Positions 39,889 to 49,943 of a DNA stretch of 63,037 bases are shown here, piece after piece (position 1 is the first letter of the stretch; the number at the start of each line of letters is the position of its first letter). The notes beneath the pieces were generated by a model. The model searched no databases. It worked only from the letters and a program-made list of their open reading frames with translations, and was not told the DNA's origin. The stretch is taken from assembly GCA_021798275.1 (NCBI GenBank), contig JAJZMK010000006.1:1-63037 (forward strand), in the 5' to 3' direction. A program made the translations under genes and the position numbers. The stretch comes from Actinomycetes bacterium. Lineage in GTDB: Bacteria > Actinomycetota > Acidimicrobiia > Acidimicrobiales > Bog-793.

Positions 39889-41214
39889 TCAATCTTGCAC
39901 GGAAAACCCAGTACCAAGGCTCCTATCTTTATCGATAAGGGGTATTCTGCCTTCCAAGGCATAGGCCGTAAGCTGCGATTTAATGGGTTTCCCGATAGCT
40001 GTTTTTGGAATCTGATTTACCAGATAGAGTGATTTTGGAACCGCCCAGGGTCCTATCTCGTCTTTTATACTCTCTTTCAAAGATGCAATGTCAACTTTTT
40101 CGCCGGTCTCATGCTTTACGAGGAAAGCGACAACTTTTTGACCCCATATCTTGTCCTCCATCCCCGCTACAACGGCTTCGGCAATGCCTTTGGTTTTCAG
40201 GATGACTTTCTCCACGTGCGAAGGCCATACTTTTTCTCCCCCCGTAATAATCAGTTCCGCTATTCGGCCATCGACGATCAATTTCCCACACTGATCCAAT
40301 TTTCCGGCATCTCCTGTCGGGAACCATCCGTCGAGCTTGGAGGTCTCGTTAGCGAATCTGTAATTCTTAAAAAGCATGGCACCTCTGAGGCAAATTTCAC
40401 CTTCTTTCAAAGATCGGTCTATTACAGAGTTTGCTTTATCGATACTGCGAAAAGCCAATTCCATTCCGTCTAAAATGTTTCCGTCGTAGACTACGCCGCT
40501 GGCGGTCTCGGTCATTCCGTATGTCTTGATGACGTTAGAGGGTGTGTTGTCGGGTAATTTCGAACCGCCGAGAAGTATTTTTCTGAATTGATCTGCATAG
40601 GTATTTCCCAGTCTGTCCAGCGTGGTCGGTACCAGAGATGTCAAGTTCACCTTCTCTTCTTTGATGAGTCCGACGATAGTCTCTTTGTCAAATTTGGCTA
40701 TAGCGACGACTTCTGTGCCCGTCAGAATGCCTCTTGTGATAATAGAAAGACCGCCGATATGGCTTACGGGCAAACAACATAGCCATTTGTCTTGACCCGG
40801 ATTAGTCTTTAAATATCGATTTGTAGCTTGTGCCGACGCCAGAAGAGCGTCAATGCCGATGACAACACCCTTTGGTGTCCCCGTGGTTCCTGAAGTTGGT
40901 ATGACAACCCCGTCCCCATCCTCCGTCCCGACTCCATCTTTTAAAGCTACGGTTTCAAAGTCACGCAAAACTCCCGTTTTGCCGGTTATCACATATCTAT
41001 CAAGGATATTTTCAGACCTAGATGATGCTTCTACACTGTTTCCTGTCGGCGTGATTATATAGTTAGGGCGTAGAAGTTTGATAATTCTTTGTTTTGCATG
41101 TTTGGATAATCTTGTATCCAAAGGCAAGATGGCGTCACCGTTTTCAAAGCACTTTTCTGTCAAGAATCGAAATAAGTCACCGCCCGGTAAATCAAGAGCA
41201 ACAAGTTTCCGCAC
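39889..41214 (-). CDS. menE: O-succinylbenzoate--CoA ligase
   Basis: TSGTTGTPKGV, WLCCLPVSHIGG, TYGMTET and IITGGEKV motifs; within the men cluster. Confidence 0.88.
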   Translation of the reverse strand: MRKLVALDLPGGDLFRFLTEKCFENGDAILPLDTRLSKHAKQRIIKLLRPNYIITPTGNSVEASSRSENILDRYVITGKTGVLRDFETVALKDGVGTEDGDGVVIPTSGTTGTPKGVVIGIDALLASAQATNRYLKTNPGQDKWLCCLPVSHIGGLSIITRGILTGTEVVAIAKFDKETIVGLIKEEKVNLTSLVPTTLDRLGNTYADQFRKILLGGSKLPDNTPSNVIKTYGMTETASGVVYDGNILDGMELAFRSIDKANSVIDRSLKEGEICLRGAMLFKNYRFANETSKLDGWFPTGDAGKLDQCGKLIVDGRIAELIITGGEKVWPSHVEKVILKTKGIAEAVVAGMEDKIWGQKVVAFLVKHETGEKVDIASLKESIKDEIGPWAVPKSLYLVNQIPKTAIGKPIKSQLTAYALEGRIPLIDKDRSLGTGFSVQD

Positions 41215-41336
41215 AAATATATTCTATCCGATGATCCAAAAAGCTAAGGCTGTAACCTAAAACTGTCAAATGCGGTAAATTGTATCCGCACGGCTTTATT
41301 GATCGTAAGCGTTGGAGAAAGCGAAAATAGGTAAAT

Positions 41337-42185
41337 ATGTCCGGAGAAAATGGTGTTTTGGATTGGCAACAGATAGGGAACTACGATGACATCAAACTAG
41401 AAAAGGCTGAGCACATAGCGAAAATAACGATCTGTCGGCCGGAAGTTCGTAATGCGTTTAGACCTCAAACTGTTGCCGAGTTGATGGATGCATTTCTGGT
41501 TGTCAGAGATGACCCTGACATTGGGGTAGCCATTTTGACCGGACAAGGCGAATTGGCATTTTGTTCCGGCGGAGACCAAAAAGTTAGAGGTGAAGACGGA
41601 TACATAGGAAGTGACGAACTGGCCAAGAAGGGTATAGGTCGTCTCAATGTTTTGGATTTGCAGATTCAAATCCGTCGCTTACCAAAGCCGGTCGTAGCGA
41701 TGGTAGCCGGTTATGCCATAGGCGGGGGCCACGTTCTCCATCTGGTCTGTGATCTGACCATAGCGGCTGATAATGCCCGCTTTGGGCAGACCGGTCCCAG
41801 GGTAGGGAGTTTTGATGCCGGCTACGGAGCCGGCTTGCTAGCCAGAACCATAGGTATAAAGAAAGCTAAAGAAATTTGGTTCCTCTGTCGCCAATATGAC
41901 GCTGCCCAGGCTCTTGAAATGGGACTGGTCAATACCGTTGTCAAGTTGGAAGACTTGGAGAAAGAAACCGTGGCGTGGTGCAAAGAGATGTTGGAATTAT
42001 CACCTTTGTCACTTAGGCTTCTAAAAGCCGGCTTCAATGCCGCCGATGAAGGATTGGCAGGCGTACAACAGTTGGCCGGTGACGCAACCATGCTTTTTTA
42101 TATGAGTGATGAGGCGCAGGAAGGACGCAACGCTTACTTGGAAAAGAGGGATCCCGATTTTTCCAAGTTTTCAAGGCGACCCTGA
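41337..42185 (+). CDS. menB: 1,4-dihydroxy-2-naphthoyl-CoA synthase
   Basis: [18 protein letters not shown] and [16 protein letters not shown] motifs. Confidence 0.97.
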   Translation: MSGENGVLDWQQIGNYDDIKLEKAEHIAKITICRPEVRNAFRPQTVAELMDAFLVVRDDPDIGVAILTGQGELAFCSGGDQKVRGEDGYIGSDELAKKGIGRLNVLDLQIQIRRLPKPVVAMVAGYAIGGGHVLHLVCDLTIAADNARFGQTGPRVGSFDAGYGAGLLARTIGIKKAKEIWFLCRQYDAAQALEMGLVNTVVKLEDLEKETVAWCKEMLELSPLSLRLLKAGFNAADEGLAGVQQLAGDATMLFYMSDEAQEGRNAYLEKRDPDFSKFSRRP

Positions 42186-43051
42186 TGGCTACTTTTGTAG
42201 ATTTTCTACACGGTGCCAGACCAAGGACTCTGCCGGCAGCAGTCGTGCCGGTTATTGTCGGTATAGCGGTGGCTGCGGACGAAGCTAAGGTAAATGTCCT
42301 AAACGCTCTTTTGGCTTTGGTGGTTGCTCTGGCGGTTCAGATAGGAACCAACTATGCCAACGACTACTCCGATGGCGTAAAAGGTACCGATTCTGTGCGG
42401 GTTGGTCCTACGAGATTGGTGGCCGGGGCCATAGCAAGCCCTAGAGCTGTTAAAATCGCCGCTCTGGTCAGTTTCTTTGTCACGGCCGCTGCAGGTCTGA
42501 CGATTGCCGTTAGGACTTCTCCCTGGCTAATTTTGGTCGGTGCTCTCTGTATATTGGCCGGCTGGCTATATACGGGAGGTCCGAAACCTTACGGTTATTT
42601 GGGGCTTGGTGAATTGTTTGTATTTATCTTTTTTGGCTTGGTAGCCGTTATCGGTACGACTTACGCCGCGTCGGATAAATTTATTCCTCTTTCCGTGTTT
42701 GCCGCCGTGCCGGTTGGTTTATTAGCGGTTTGTCTTTTAATGATTAACAATATCAGGGATATTGAAACAGATAAAAAGTCGGGTAAAAACACTCTTGCCG
42801 TTATCATGGGAGATAAAAGAAGCAGATTACTGTATGTGTCTATCTTGGTATCTGCGGTTTGCATTGCTGCGGTGATCGCTGTGGTAAAAATATCGGCTTT
42901 GCTTGTATTGCTTTGCATACCGCTGATGTTTACTCCGGTCAGGAAAGTACTTGCGGGAGACAAAGGTCTAGATTTGATACCGGTATTGGCCAAAACTGCC
43001 CTTGTGCAGATCGTGGCCGGGATTCTACTCGCTATAGGTATTTGGCTATAA
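42185..43051 (+). CDS. menA: DHNA polyprenyltransferase
   Basis: ARPRTLPAA, NYANDYSDG..GTD, YTGGPKPYGY.GLGE and NNIRDI.TD motifs. Confidence 0.95.
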   Translation: MATFVDFLHGARPRTLPAAVVPVIVGIAVAADEAKVNVLNALLALVVALAVQIGTNYANDYSDGVKGTDSVRVGPTRLVAGAIASPRAVKIAALVSFFVTAAAGLTIAVRTSPWLILVGALCILAGWLYTGGPKPYGYLGLGELFVFIFFGLVAVIGTTYAASDKFIPLSVFAAVPVGLLAVCLLMINNIRDIETDKKSGKNTLAVIMGDKRSRLLYVSILVSAVCIAAVIAVVKISALLVLLCIPLMFTPVRKVLAGDKGLDLIPVLAKTALVQIVAGILLAIGIWL

Positions 43052-43784
43052 AGGACATTATCAACTCGGCCGCTTTGATCGGCTGCTCTGCGAGGACGGA
43101 ATGACCACAATTGTCTATTATGTCTAATTGACTAATGGCTCCTATTTTTTTGTGCAGTCTGCGTCCTATTTCAACATATTTTTCGTCATTGGCGCCGACC
43201 AGTATTAAAACCGGTATGTTATTTTTGGCCAGATTTGGCAATAGATCCCACATAGGTTCTTCGTTTCCCTGTCCGAGAGCCAATAGAGCGGAAGCCATTT
43301 TGTCTCCGTTGTTTTGGCAACGCTCTTTTAGTCCGGTTTCCTCCGGCGTCAAATGGGCAAACAAAGGTCCGGCAAGCCATTCTTTTATGAAGACCTCTAC
43401 GGGAACTTCCCTGATATGCTTGGCCAGTCTTTCGTCATCAAGACGCCTTTGCAGCCGCTCGTCTTGGTCTTGGATTCCGGCGGTAGCACTGATCAGCACC
43501 AACCCGGCTACAGAGCCTGGGTGTTCCAGAGCAATCCTAAGAGCTATCCTTGCCCCCATAGAGTAGCCGACATACACGGACTTACCGTAAAAAGAGGAAA
43601 TTTCCAAAGCGACGTCTCGGCTATCTTGGCCCGGTACTAACGGCTCTTTGTCACCGTGTCCAGGCAATTCTGCTATGTGTAGTTCGTAAGGAGAAAAGAG
43701 TGTTTCACTAAGGCCGCGATACGACGCGGCATTTTGGGTAAAACCGTGGATGAGGACTATTTGCCTTCTTCCCATCTGAGTCAA
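43032..43784 (-). CDS. menH: SHCHC synthase (alpha/beta hydrolase)
   Basis: HGFTQ, GYSMGARIAL, R..RR..D..LA and D.KY motifs. Confidence 0.88.
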   Translation of the reverse strand: MTQMGRRQIVLIHGFTQNAASYRGLSETLFSPYELHIAELPGHGDKEPLVPGQDSRDVALEISSFYGKSVYVGYSMGARIALRIALEHPGSVAGLVLISATAGIQDQDERLQRRLDDERLAKHIREVPVEVFIKEWLAGPLFAHLTPEETGLKERCQNNGDKMASALLALGQGNEEPMWDLLPNLAKNNIPVLILVGANDEKYVEIGRRLHKKIGAISQLDIIDNCGHSVLAEQPIKAAELIMSFIAKYL

Positions 43785-43916
43785 AGTTTACCTTCCAAGT
43801 CATAGATACGCGTTTTGAGGGTAAAAGCGCTTAGGCATGACGGTAAAAGGAAAAATTGATAAATCAAAGCCTATTTTGCCAAGCGCGCAACCTTTTAAAT
43901 ATTCTAGTCTTTACTT

Positions 43917-45815
43917 GTGCTCTATGAATCGGAAGAACGACAGCTTGCATTTTCTCTTTCACTGATTGACGAGTGGTATCGTTCCGGGGTTAGACAGGCG
44001 GTTATTTGTCCAGGTTCCAGATCGACGCCCTTGACCTTGGCTCTTTTGATGGACGAAAGATTCGAAATAACTATACGTCTGGACGAAAGATCTGCCGGCT
44101 TTTTTGCCGTAGGTCTGGCTATGGCCTCCTTGAAACCGGTGGTCATCCTGGTTACCAGCGGTACGGCCGCCGCCGAATTGCATCCCGCAGTTGTGGAGGC
44201 TGATCTGGCTCAAATTCCGGTTATTGTCTGTACCTCCGATAGGCCGGCGGAGCTGCACGATGTATTTGCCCCTCAGACCATAGGTCAGGACAATCTTTAC
44301 GGTAGCAGTGTGCGTTATTTTTACGACGCTCAAGGAGTATTTGTATCGGAACCTCACGTATGGCGTTCGATAGCCGCACGACTGGCGCAAGAAGCGATCG
44401 CAAATCCCAAAGGTCCGGGTCCTGTACATTTAAATCTACCTTTCAGCGAACCGTTTTTCCCCTCTTCAAAGAGCGAAGAGGAGATGTTATCTAATAAAAG
44501 CGAGTCGCTCTCTGACACCGGTGAAATTGTGAACAAGGCGGTGCTCCTTCAAGCTTTTGTCGATGAAGCCAAGAAGCTCGTCATAGCGGGCCGCTCTAAC
44601 GGTCAACCTTGGCACCTGGTTTACAGTAGCTATAACCACGATGACAGGGTATTTCAGATGTTGCTTGATTTTATCAAACACGGGTTAAAAGTTGTCATCA
44701 TCGCCGGTTGGCTTCCAAGGCCCAAGGCTCTCAGTCCGTTTTTGGCGTTAAGGCAGTTAGCCAAAGAAAATGGGTGGGTAATTTTTGCCGATCCGCGCGC
44801 CTGGCCCAGAACAATAGACGGGGTATCTATATTTTCTTATGACACGCTTGTCAGAAGTGACACCGTTACTTCCGGATATACCCCCGATCTTGTTGTCCAT
44901 GTGGGACAAAGACCTTCCTCTAAAGCTTTAACACAATGGTGCCGGGAGCTGCATTCAAAAGGAATACCGCACATTCGTTTTGACCCCTATCAGAGGTTCA
45001 TCGATCCCGAAAGATATATCTCACACGTCATTAAAGCTGACATCGAGCTGGTGGCCCAAAAAGTTTTGGAGTCGGAAAAAGGTAAAGTATCTCCGGAAAA
45101 CGCGCACGCCTTGGGTAAATGGCAGCACAATTGGTTGACTGCGGAAAAAGTATGTCAGGATACCTACACATCTCTTTTGTATAACGAAGAGCAGTTGACG
45201 GAACCTAAAATAGCGAGGTTTCTCTATCAATATCTTTCGCCAACCTCGACAATAGTGGCGTCTTCATCCATGCCGATCAGGAACCTGGAGTTTTTTGCCG
45301 GTCCGAGATTGGACGCACCTCATGTCTTGGCCAACAGGGGGGCAAACGGTATAGACGGCGTAACCTCTACTATATTGGGCGTGGCTAAGGCCAACAGGAA
45401 ACTGCAAGGTGCTCAAACGATAGGGTTCTTAGGGGATTTGGCATTTTTGCACGATACATCAGGTCTTATCTGGGGGCAATTTGAAGAAAAACCCGATGTA
45501 ACTTTGGTAGTCGTAGATAACAACGGCGGTGCCATTTTTTCGTATTTGCCAATTTATGATATGCTCCCCGGAGATTATTTTGAAAGAGCTTTTGCTACTC
45601 CGCATCGCTTCGATGCTGAAAAACTGGTTACTTCTTTGGGGCATCATTATTTTCAAGCCGACAGCATAAATAACCTTGCAAAATGTTTGGATACTGCTCA
45701 AGCCCTATCTGGAATAAAGATAATTTTCTGTCCCGTTCAAAGAGATTTGGCCAGTGAAAACAGTGCCTTTTGGGTATCGCTAGCTCAGCAGAAAGTCAAC
45801 GAAGTGTTAAAGTAG
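43917..45815 (+). CDS. menD: SEPHCHC synthase
   Basis: CPGSRSTPL, DERSAGF, TSGTAAAE, ANRGANGIDG, GDLAFLHD and NNGGAIF motifs. Confidence 0.95.
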   Translation: MLYESEERQLAFSLSLIDEWYRSGVRQAVICPGSRSTPLTLALLMDERFEITIRLDERSAGFFAVGLAMASLKPVVILVTSGTAAAELHPAVVEADLAQIPVIVCTSDRPAELHDVFAPQTIGQDNLYGSSVRYFYDAQGVFVSEPHVWRSIAARLAQEAIANPKGPGPVHLNLPFSEPFFPSSKSEEEMLSNKSESLSDTGEIVNKAVLLQAFVDEAKKLVIAGRSNGQPWHLVYSSYNHDDRVFQMLLDFIKHGLKVVIIAGWLPRPKALSPFLALRQLAKENGWVIFADPRAWPRTIDGVSIFSYDTLVRSDTVTSGYTPDLVVHVGQRPSSKALTQWCRELHSKGIPHIRFDPYQRFIDPERYISHVIKADIELVAQKVLESEKGKVSPENAHALGKWQHNWLTAEKVCQDTYTSLLYNEEQLTEPKIARFLYQYLSPTSTIVASSSMPIRNLEFFAGPRLDAPHVLANRGANGIDGVTSTILGVAKANRKLQGAQTIGFLGDLAFLHDTSGLIWGQFEEKPDVTLVVVDNNGGAIFSYLPIYDMLPGDYFERAFATPHRFDAEKLVTSLGHHYFQADSINNLAKCLDTAQALSGIKIIFCPVQRDLASENSAFWVSLAQQKVNEVLK

Positions 45816-45972
45816 TATATAAATCAATCTAACATGTAACATTTACATTACAAGTTCAACCGTGCTCTGGAGGATTACTCCATACTTTGCTACCCTAGGA
45901 TAGACAGGGTGGCTCAGCCGCCATTACTGCCTGAGAAAGGTCATTGAAAGAGATAAATATGATGGAGGTCAG

Positions 45973-46404
45973 ATGAAAATACAAGATCTGCTTACCGAAA
46001 AAGGCTCAGCTGTGGTTACAATAAGTCCTTCTAAAACAGTTTTGGATGCGGCAATGTTGATGACGGAGCACAATATAGGAGCACTAATTGTTTCCGATGA
46101 CAAGATTCATATAGACGGTCTGATTTCAGAACGCGATATTGTCAGACGTCTAAGTCAGATAGCCGGACCGGTCGTAAACGAGCCGGTGGCGTCGATCATG
46201 ACATCTTCGGTTTATATCTGTCGGGTAGAGGATGACGTTGAATATGTCATGGAAGTGATGACGGATAATAAAGTCCGACATGTTCCCGTTGTCTGCGACG
46301 GTAAAGTCTGTGGAATGATAAGTATCGGTGACATAGTTAAAAACCGTATTACTGAGTTGCAAAGTGACAGGGAGCATCTCTTAAAATATATAACGGCCCG
46401 CTGA
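45973..46404 (+). CDS. CBS-domain protein
   Basis: Tandem CBS pair (IGAL, GLISERD, RHVPV, ISIGDIVK); GGAGG SD. Confidence 0.9.
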   Translation: MKIQDLLTEKGSAVVTISPSKTVLDAAMLMTEHNIGALIVSDDKIHIDGLISERDIVRRLSQIAGPVVNEPVASIMTSSVYICRVEDDVEYVMEVMTDNKVRHVPVVCDGKVCGMISIGDIVKNRITELQSDREHLLKYITAR

Positions 46405-46474
46405 TACACATTGCATTAAGTATGGACCTGCTTAGTTTAGATACCCTAGCATTAAGGGATTAGGTAGTTAGTAG

Positions 46475-47218
46475 CTATGCAAATCTTTTAGCATCGTGAG
46501 CTGCATACTTCGCGACCCGGTTAACAATAGAGACCGCATTTTCAATCTGAACTACAATGTCTGCTAATTTGTCTGCCGGAAGGGCGCAGGTCATTTCTTC
46601 CGGTTTCATACCGGTTCTTACTCTGCTTAGAGCACATCCTACACTGGCAGCGGGAAAACCCTGTTCTTTGGCTATTGCGATAATGTGACATTGCGGCTTG
46701 CCAACAATTTTGAGATCAGCCAAGGCATCGGAAAGAATCATCAACTGTCTTCCGTTGATCCTCATCAAGACCACATCTAGATCAAGTGTAGGTGGTGTAT
46801 CATTAAGTGGTCCGTAAGTTACATATTCCGGAGAACCGCTGACATGTGGGAGCATGGCTACATCAGCTTCTCCCACCCACCCAGTTTCCAAAAGAGTTTT
46901 GATATCCTCGTATTTGGTTTCTGGAGTTAGGTCTGATAATCCGTGGGTGAAGCTTCCGACAGTGCAGTTGCCGTGGTCTTTCTTTTCAGTGGTGAAAGTC
47001 AGTTTATCGGCGTGCATCCAAAATACACATCCGGCGGGTACCTTACCCTGTCGTCCGTCCGGGGTTCTGGTACTCGTGGGCCTGTTGAAAGGTTGTATGT
47101 CATCGGGTTTATTTACGCTAAAAGTGATTCCTATGGGATTTGCTGCCAGATGAAGAGCACCGGTGAGGCGTTCAGCCAGGTTATTCCAGTCGATTTGGCT
47201 CCGTATATTTTGATCCAT
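46475..47218 (-). CDS. DUF169 family protein
   Basis: PAGCVFW, DHGNC.VG, GKPQC and SVGC..SR motifs. Confidence 0.75.
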   Translation of the reverse strand: MDQNIRSQIDWNNLAERLTGALHLAANPIGITFSVNKPDDIQPFNRPTSTRTPDGRQGKVPAGCVFWMHADKLTFTTEKKDHGNCTVGSFTHGLSDLTPETKYEDIKTLLETGWVGEADVAMLPHVSGSPEYVTYGPLNDTPPTLDLDVVLMRINGRQLMILSDALADLKIVGKPQCHIIAIAKEQGFPAASVGCALSRVRTGMKPEEMTCALPADKLADIVVQIENAVSIVNRVAKYAAHDAKRFA

Positions 47219-47335
47219 AGTTACAGCATAACGTATAAAAGGCTATTTTGATTAGAGCTTGATCCTTGTAGGACTTTTAATACTTTTATGGCTAAGTAGT
47301 GACTTTTATGGCTAAAACTATGGCACGCTATTTAG

Positions 47336-48658
47336 ATGCCCGGGACAGATTCCTTTTTAACTGCCGACGATATTTCGGCAAACTCATGCTCTCTTGATCT
47401 TCGCTTTCGTAATTTGATCTATCAGATAAGTGATGAAGAGCTGCTGGTACTTCTAGATAAGACGAGGCTCGGTATATATGCCGGTTTTGACCCTACGGCA
47501 GACAGCTTGCACCTTGGCAATTTACTTCAGCTATGTAACCTTAGACGTCTTCAGTCGTATGGTCACCGCCCCATTATAGTTCTCGGAGGTGGTACCGCTA
47601 TGATCGGTGACCCCGGTGGCAAGACGGCCGAGCGTAAGCTTTTGTCGAAAGAAGAGATCGAACGCAATGTAGAAGGCGTATTGCCGCAACTGGAGCAGTT
47701 TCTGGACTTCTCTCTTCCCAAAGATCAAAATCCAGCCGTCCTGGTAGATAACAGTGCCTGGCTGGACGAACTGAGATTGACAGATTTTTTGAGGGATATA
47801 GGAAAACATATAACAATAGGGCAGATGATAGCCAAAGAGTCCGTGAAAAGCAGGATAGAACGTCCGGAACAAGGCATATCATTTACAGAGTTTAGTTACA
47901 TGCTATTGCAAGGTTATGATTTCTTGCAACTCTATAATTCTTACGACTGTAAAGTGCAGATAGGCGGTTCCGACCAGTGGGGAAATATAACGGTTGGAAT
48001 CGATCTGATCGGGAAAATAGCCGGAGGTAAAGCTTTCGGGCTTACATCTCCTTTGGTCTTAAAGCAGGACGGCACAAAATTTGGCAAATCCGAAGAAGGC
48101 GCCATCTATCTTGATAAGAACAAAACGAGTCCTTTCGCACTCTATCAGTACTTATTGAGAAGCGAAGATGAGATGGTAGGTGACTACCTGCGCTTTTTCA
48201 CATTTCTGGCCAAAGAAGAGATAGCCGATCTGGATGCCAAGAGATCAGCTAACCCCAAAGCCCGCGATTGTCAAAAAGCATTGGCTTACGAGGTATGTGC
48301 TTTGATTCACGGAGAGGCGGAAGCTAAAAAAGCCCTAGCCGCTACCGGTGCCCTATATTCTGAAGATGCCTCTCTTTTGACGGCCGATATTTTGGAAGCC
48401 GTCTCCAAAGATGTGCCAAAGACGTTGTTTACCTTGCGAGAATTGGAGGAGGGAATTGAGCTGGTTGATACTTTGGCGGCGGCAAATTTGGCCAAGTCAA
48501 AAAAAGATGCCAGAACAATTATTTCTCAAGGTGGGGCATATATAAATAACAGACGGGCAGATGCTTCAGACTCTATAAATAGAAAAGATCTTATAGATGG
48601 GAGATTTATTCTTCTTAGACGGGGTCGTAGAGAAGTAAACTTGTTGGAATTTAAATAG
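47336..48658 (+). CDS. tyrS: Tyrosine--tRNA ligase
   Basis: GFDPTADSLHLGN, IGDPGG, QIGGSDQWGNI, KFGKS and a C-terminal S4-like domain. Confidence 0.97.
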   Translation: MPGTDSFLTADDISANSCSLDLRFRNLIYQISDEELLVLLDKTRLGIYAGFDPTADSLHLGNLLQLCNLRRLQSYGHRPIIVLGGGTAMIGDPGGKTAERKLLSKEEIERNVEGVLPQLEQFLDFSLPKDQNPAVLVDNSAWLDELRLTDFLRDIGKHITIGQMIAKESVKSRIERPEQGISFTEFSYMLLQGYDFLQLYNSYDCKVQIGGSDQWGNITVGIDLIGKIAGGKAFGLTSPLVLKQDGTKFGKSEEGAIYLDKNKTSPFALYQYLLRSEDEMVGDYLRFFTFLAKEEIADLDAKRSANPKARDCQKALAYEVCALIHGEAEAKKALAATGALYSEDASLLTADILEAVSKDVPKTLFTLRELEEGIELVDTLAAANLAKSKKDARTIISQGGAYINNRRADASDSINRKDLIDGRFILLRRGRREVNLLEFK

Positions 48659-48755
48659 TAAAGATGTACGCCATCAGTTTCTTTGGTTTTTTTCGTGCAT
48701 TGGCGGAAGCGTAACTTATGCGTAGTGTTATGACTGTGAATTCGGGAATAGTTGT

Positions 48756-49190
48756 ATGAGAGTGAAAAAAAACGTGCTGTTTATGGTGTCGATCGGATTT
48801 TGTGCCATCCTACTTGCCAGTTGCTCATCTCAGAATACCATATCATCTTGGGTAACGGGAAATTCCTTTTCCGCAAATAACGGCCAAGTGCTAAGCGATA
48901 TCAATGGAATCGAAAATGGTATCAAACTCAAAGAGCTCACACAACTGCACACTGTCTGTGAAGCGCTTTCAGCAGATGCTTCGACGGTATATCAAACCCT
49001 TCCTACACCTGTTCAGGCTTTGACAGACGCCTTTTCCCAGGCTTATACAGATTTATCTCAGGCCGGACACGATTGCTATTATGCCCCTTCGTTCACCTCC
49101 CCGTTGATGCGAAAATTTGAAAAGGAATTTGCTGTCGCCAAAAGTCAACTGTCATCTGCACTGGCACTACTTTCTACTTTTAAAAATTGA
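48756..49190 (+). CDS. Putative lipoprotein
   Basis: Lipobox LLASC after a hydrophobic signal sequence. Confidence 0.75.
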   Translation: MRVKKNVLFMVSIGFCAILLASCSSQNTISSWVTGNSFSANNGQVLSDINGIENGIKLKELTQLHTVCEALSADASTVYQTLPTPVQALTDAFSQAYTDLSQAGHDCYYAPSFTSPLMRKFEKEFAVAKSQLSSALALLSTFKN

Positions 49191-49287
49191 CACCAGATAT
49201 AAATGACAAGCTGCTTCGCATGGATACTCTCGCACTAAGGTGTGGCTTAATTTGCTACACTTGTATCAGAGAGACAAGGTGAGACCC

Positions 49288-49842
49288 ATGGCAAGTGATA
49301 ACGACAGTTATGAAAGGCTGAGGCGGAGAATCCTTTGGAGTATCGTCAACGGGCTTTACTTGGTCGGCTCGAGGTATGACAGTGATCGCAACGTAATGAC
49401 TTGTAGTTTTGTAACCCAGGTAGCAACGGAGCCAAAGTTGGTTGGTATAGGGGTGGAAAGGGAGTCCAAGTCGGCTAACTTGATAGAACAAGGCGGATCA
49501 TTCACTTTGATGTTCCTTGGACGGGGTCAAAAAGATATAGTCAGGAAATTTGTCAAACCGGCTATATGCGATATCGACAAAAGCGAGATCAACGGTTACT
49601 TATATCAAGATGCCCCGGTGACAAAAGCGCCTATTCTACAAGATATACCTGCCTTTATAGAGTGCTCTGTATATACCAAGGTAGATTTTGCAAGTCACAC
49701 ATTTTTTATCGGAGAAGTTATCAATGCAGAGTTTGTCAACACCTCTTTGGACCCCAGTTACGAAGAAGCCATCGCTTTGGACGCCAATAAAGTTTTGGAA
49801 GTTTTAAGGATGGAAGATACCAGGATGCATTACGGAGGATAG
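49288..49842 (+). CDS. Flavin reductase-like FMN-binding protein
   Basis: GLYLVGS, TQVA.EP, FIEC.V, HTFFIGEV and YGG C-terminus. Confidence 0.85.
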   Translation: MASDNDSYERLRRRILWSIVNGLYLVGSRYDSDRNVMTCSFVTQVATEPKLVGIGVERESKSANLIEQGGSFTLMFLGRGQKDIVRKFVKPAICDIDKSEINGYLYQDAPVTKAPILQDIPAFIECSVYTKVDFASHTFFIGEVINAEFVNTSLDPSYEEAIALDANKVLEVLRMEDTRMHYGG

Positions 49843-49943
49843 ACGCAAAGTGGCAACCAAGGTGTCTGCGGCAATTCCATCTGTTTTTGCCTTGATTCAG
49901 GTAGCCGGTAATCAGCAGGGATTGGCGTAACTTTTTATGGGTA

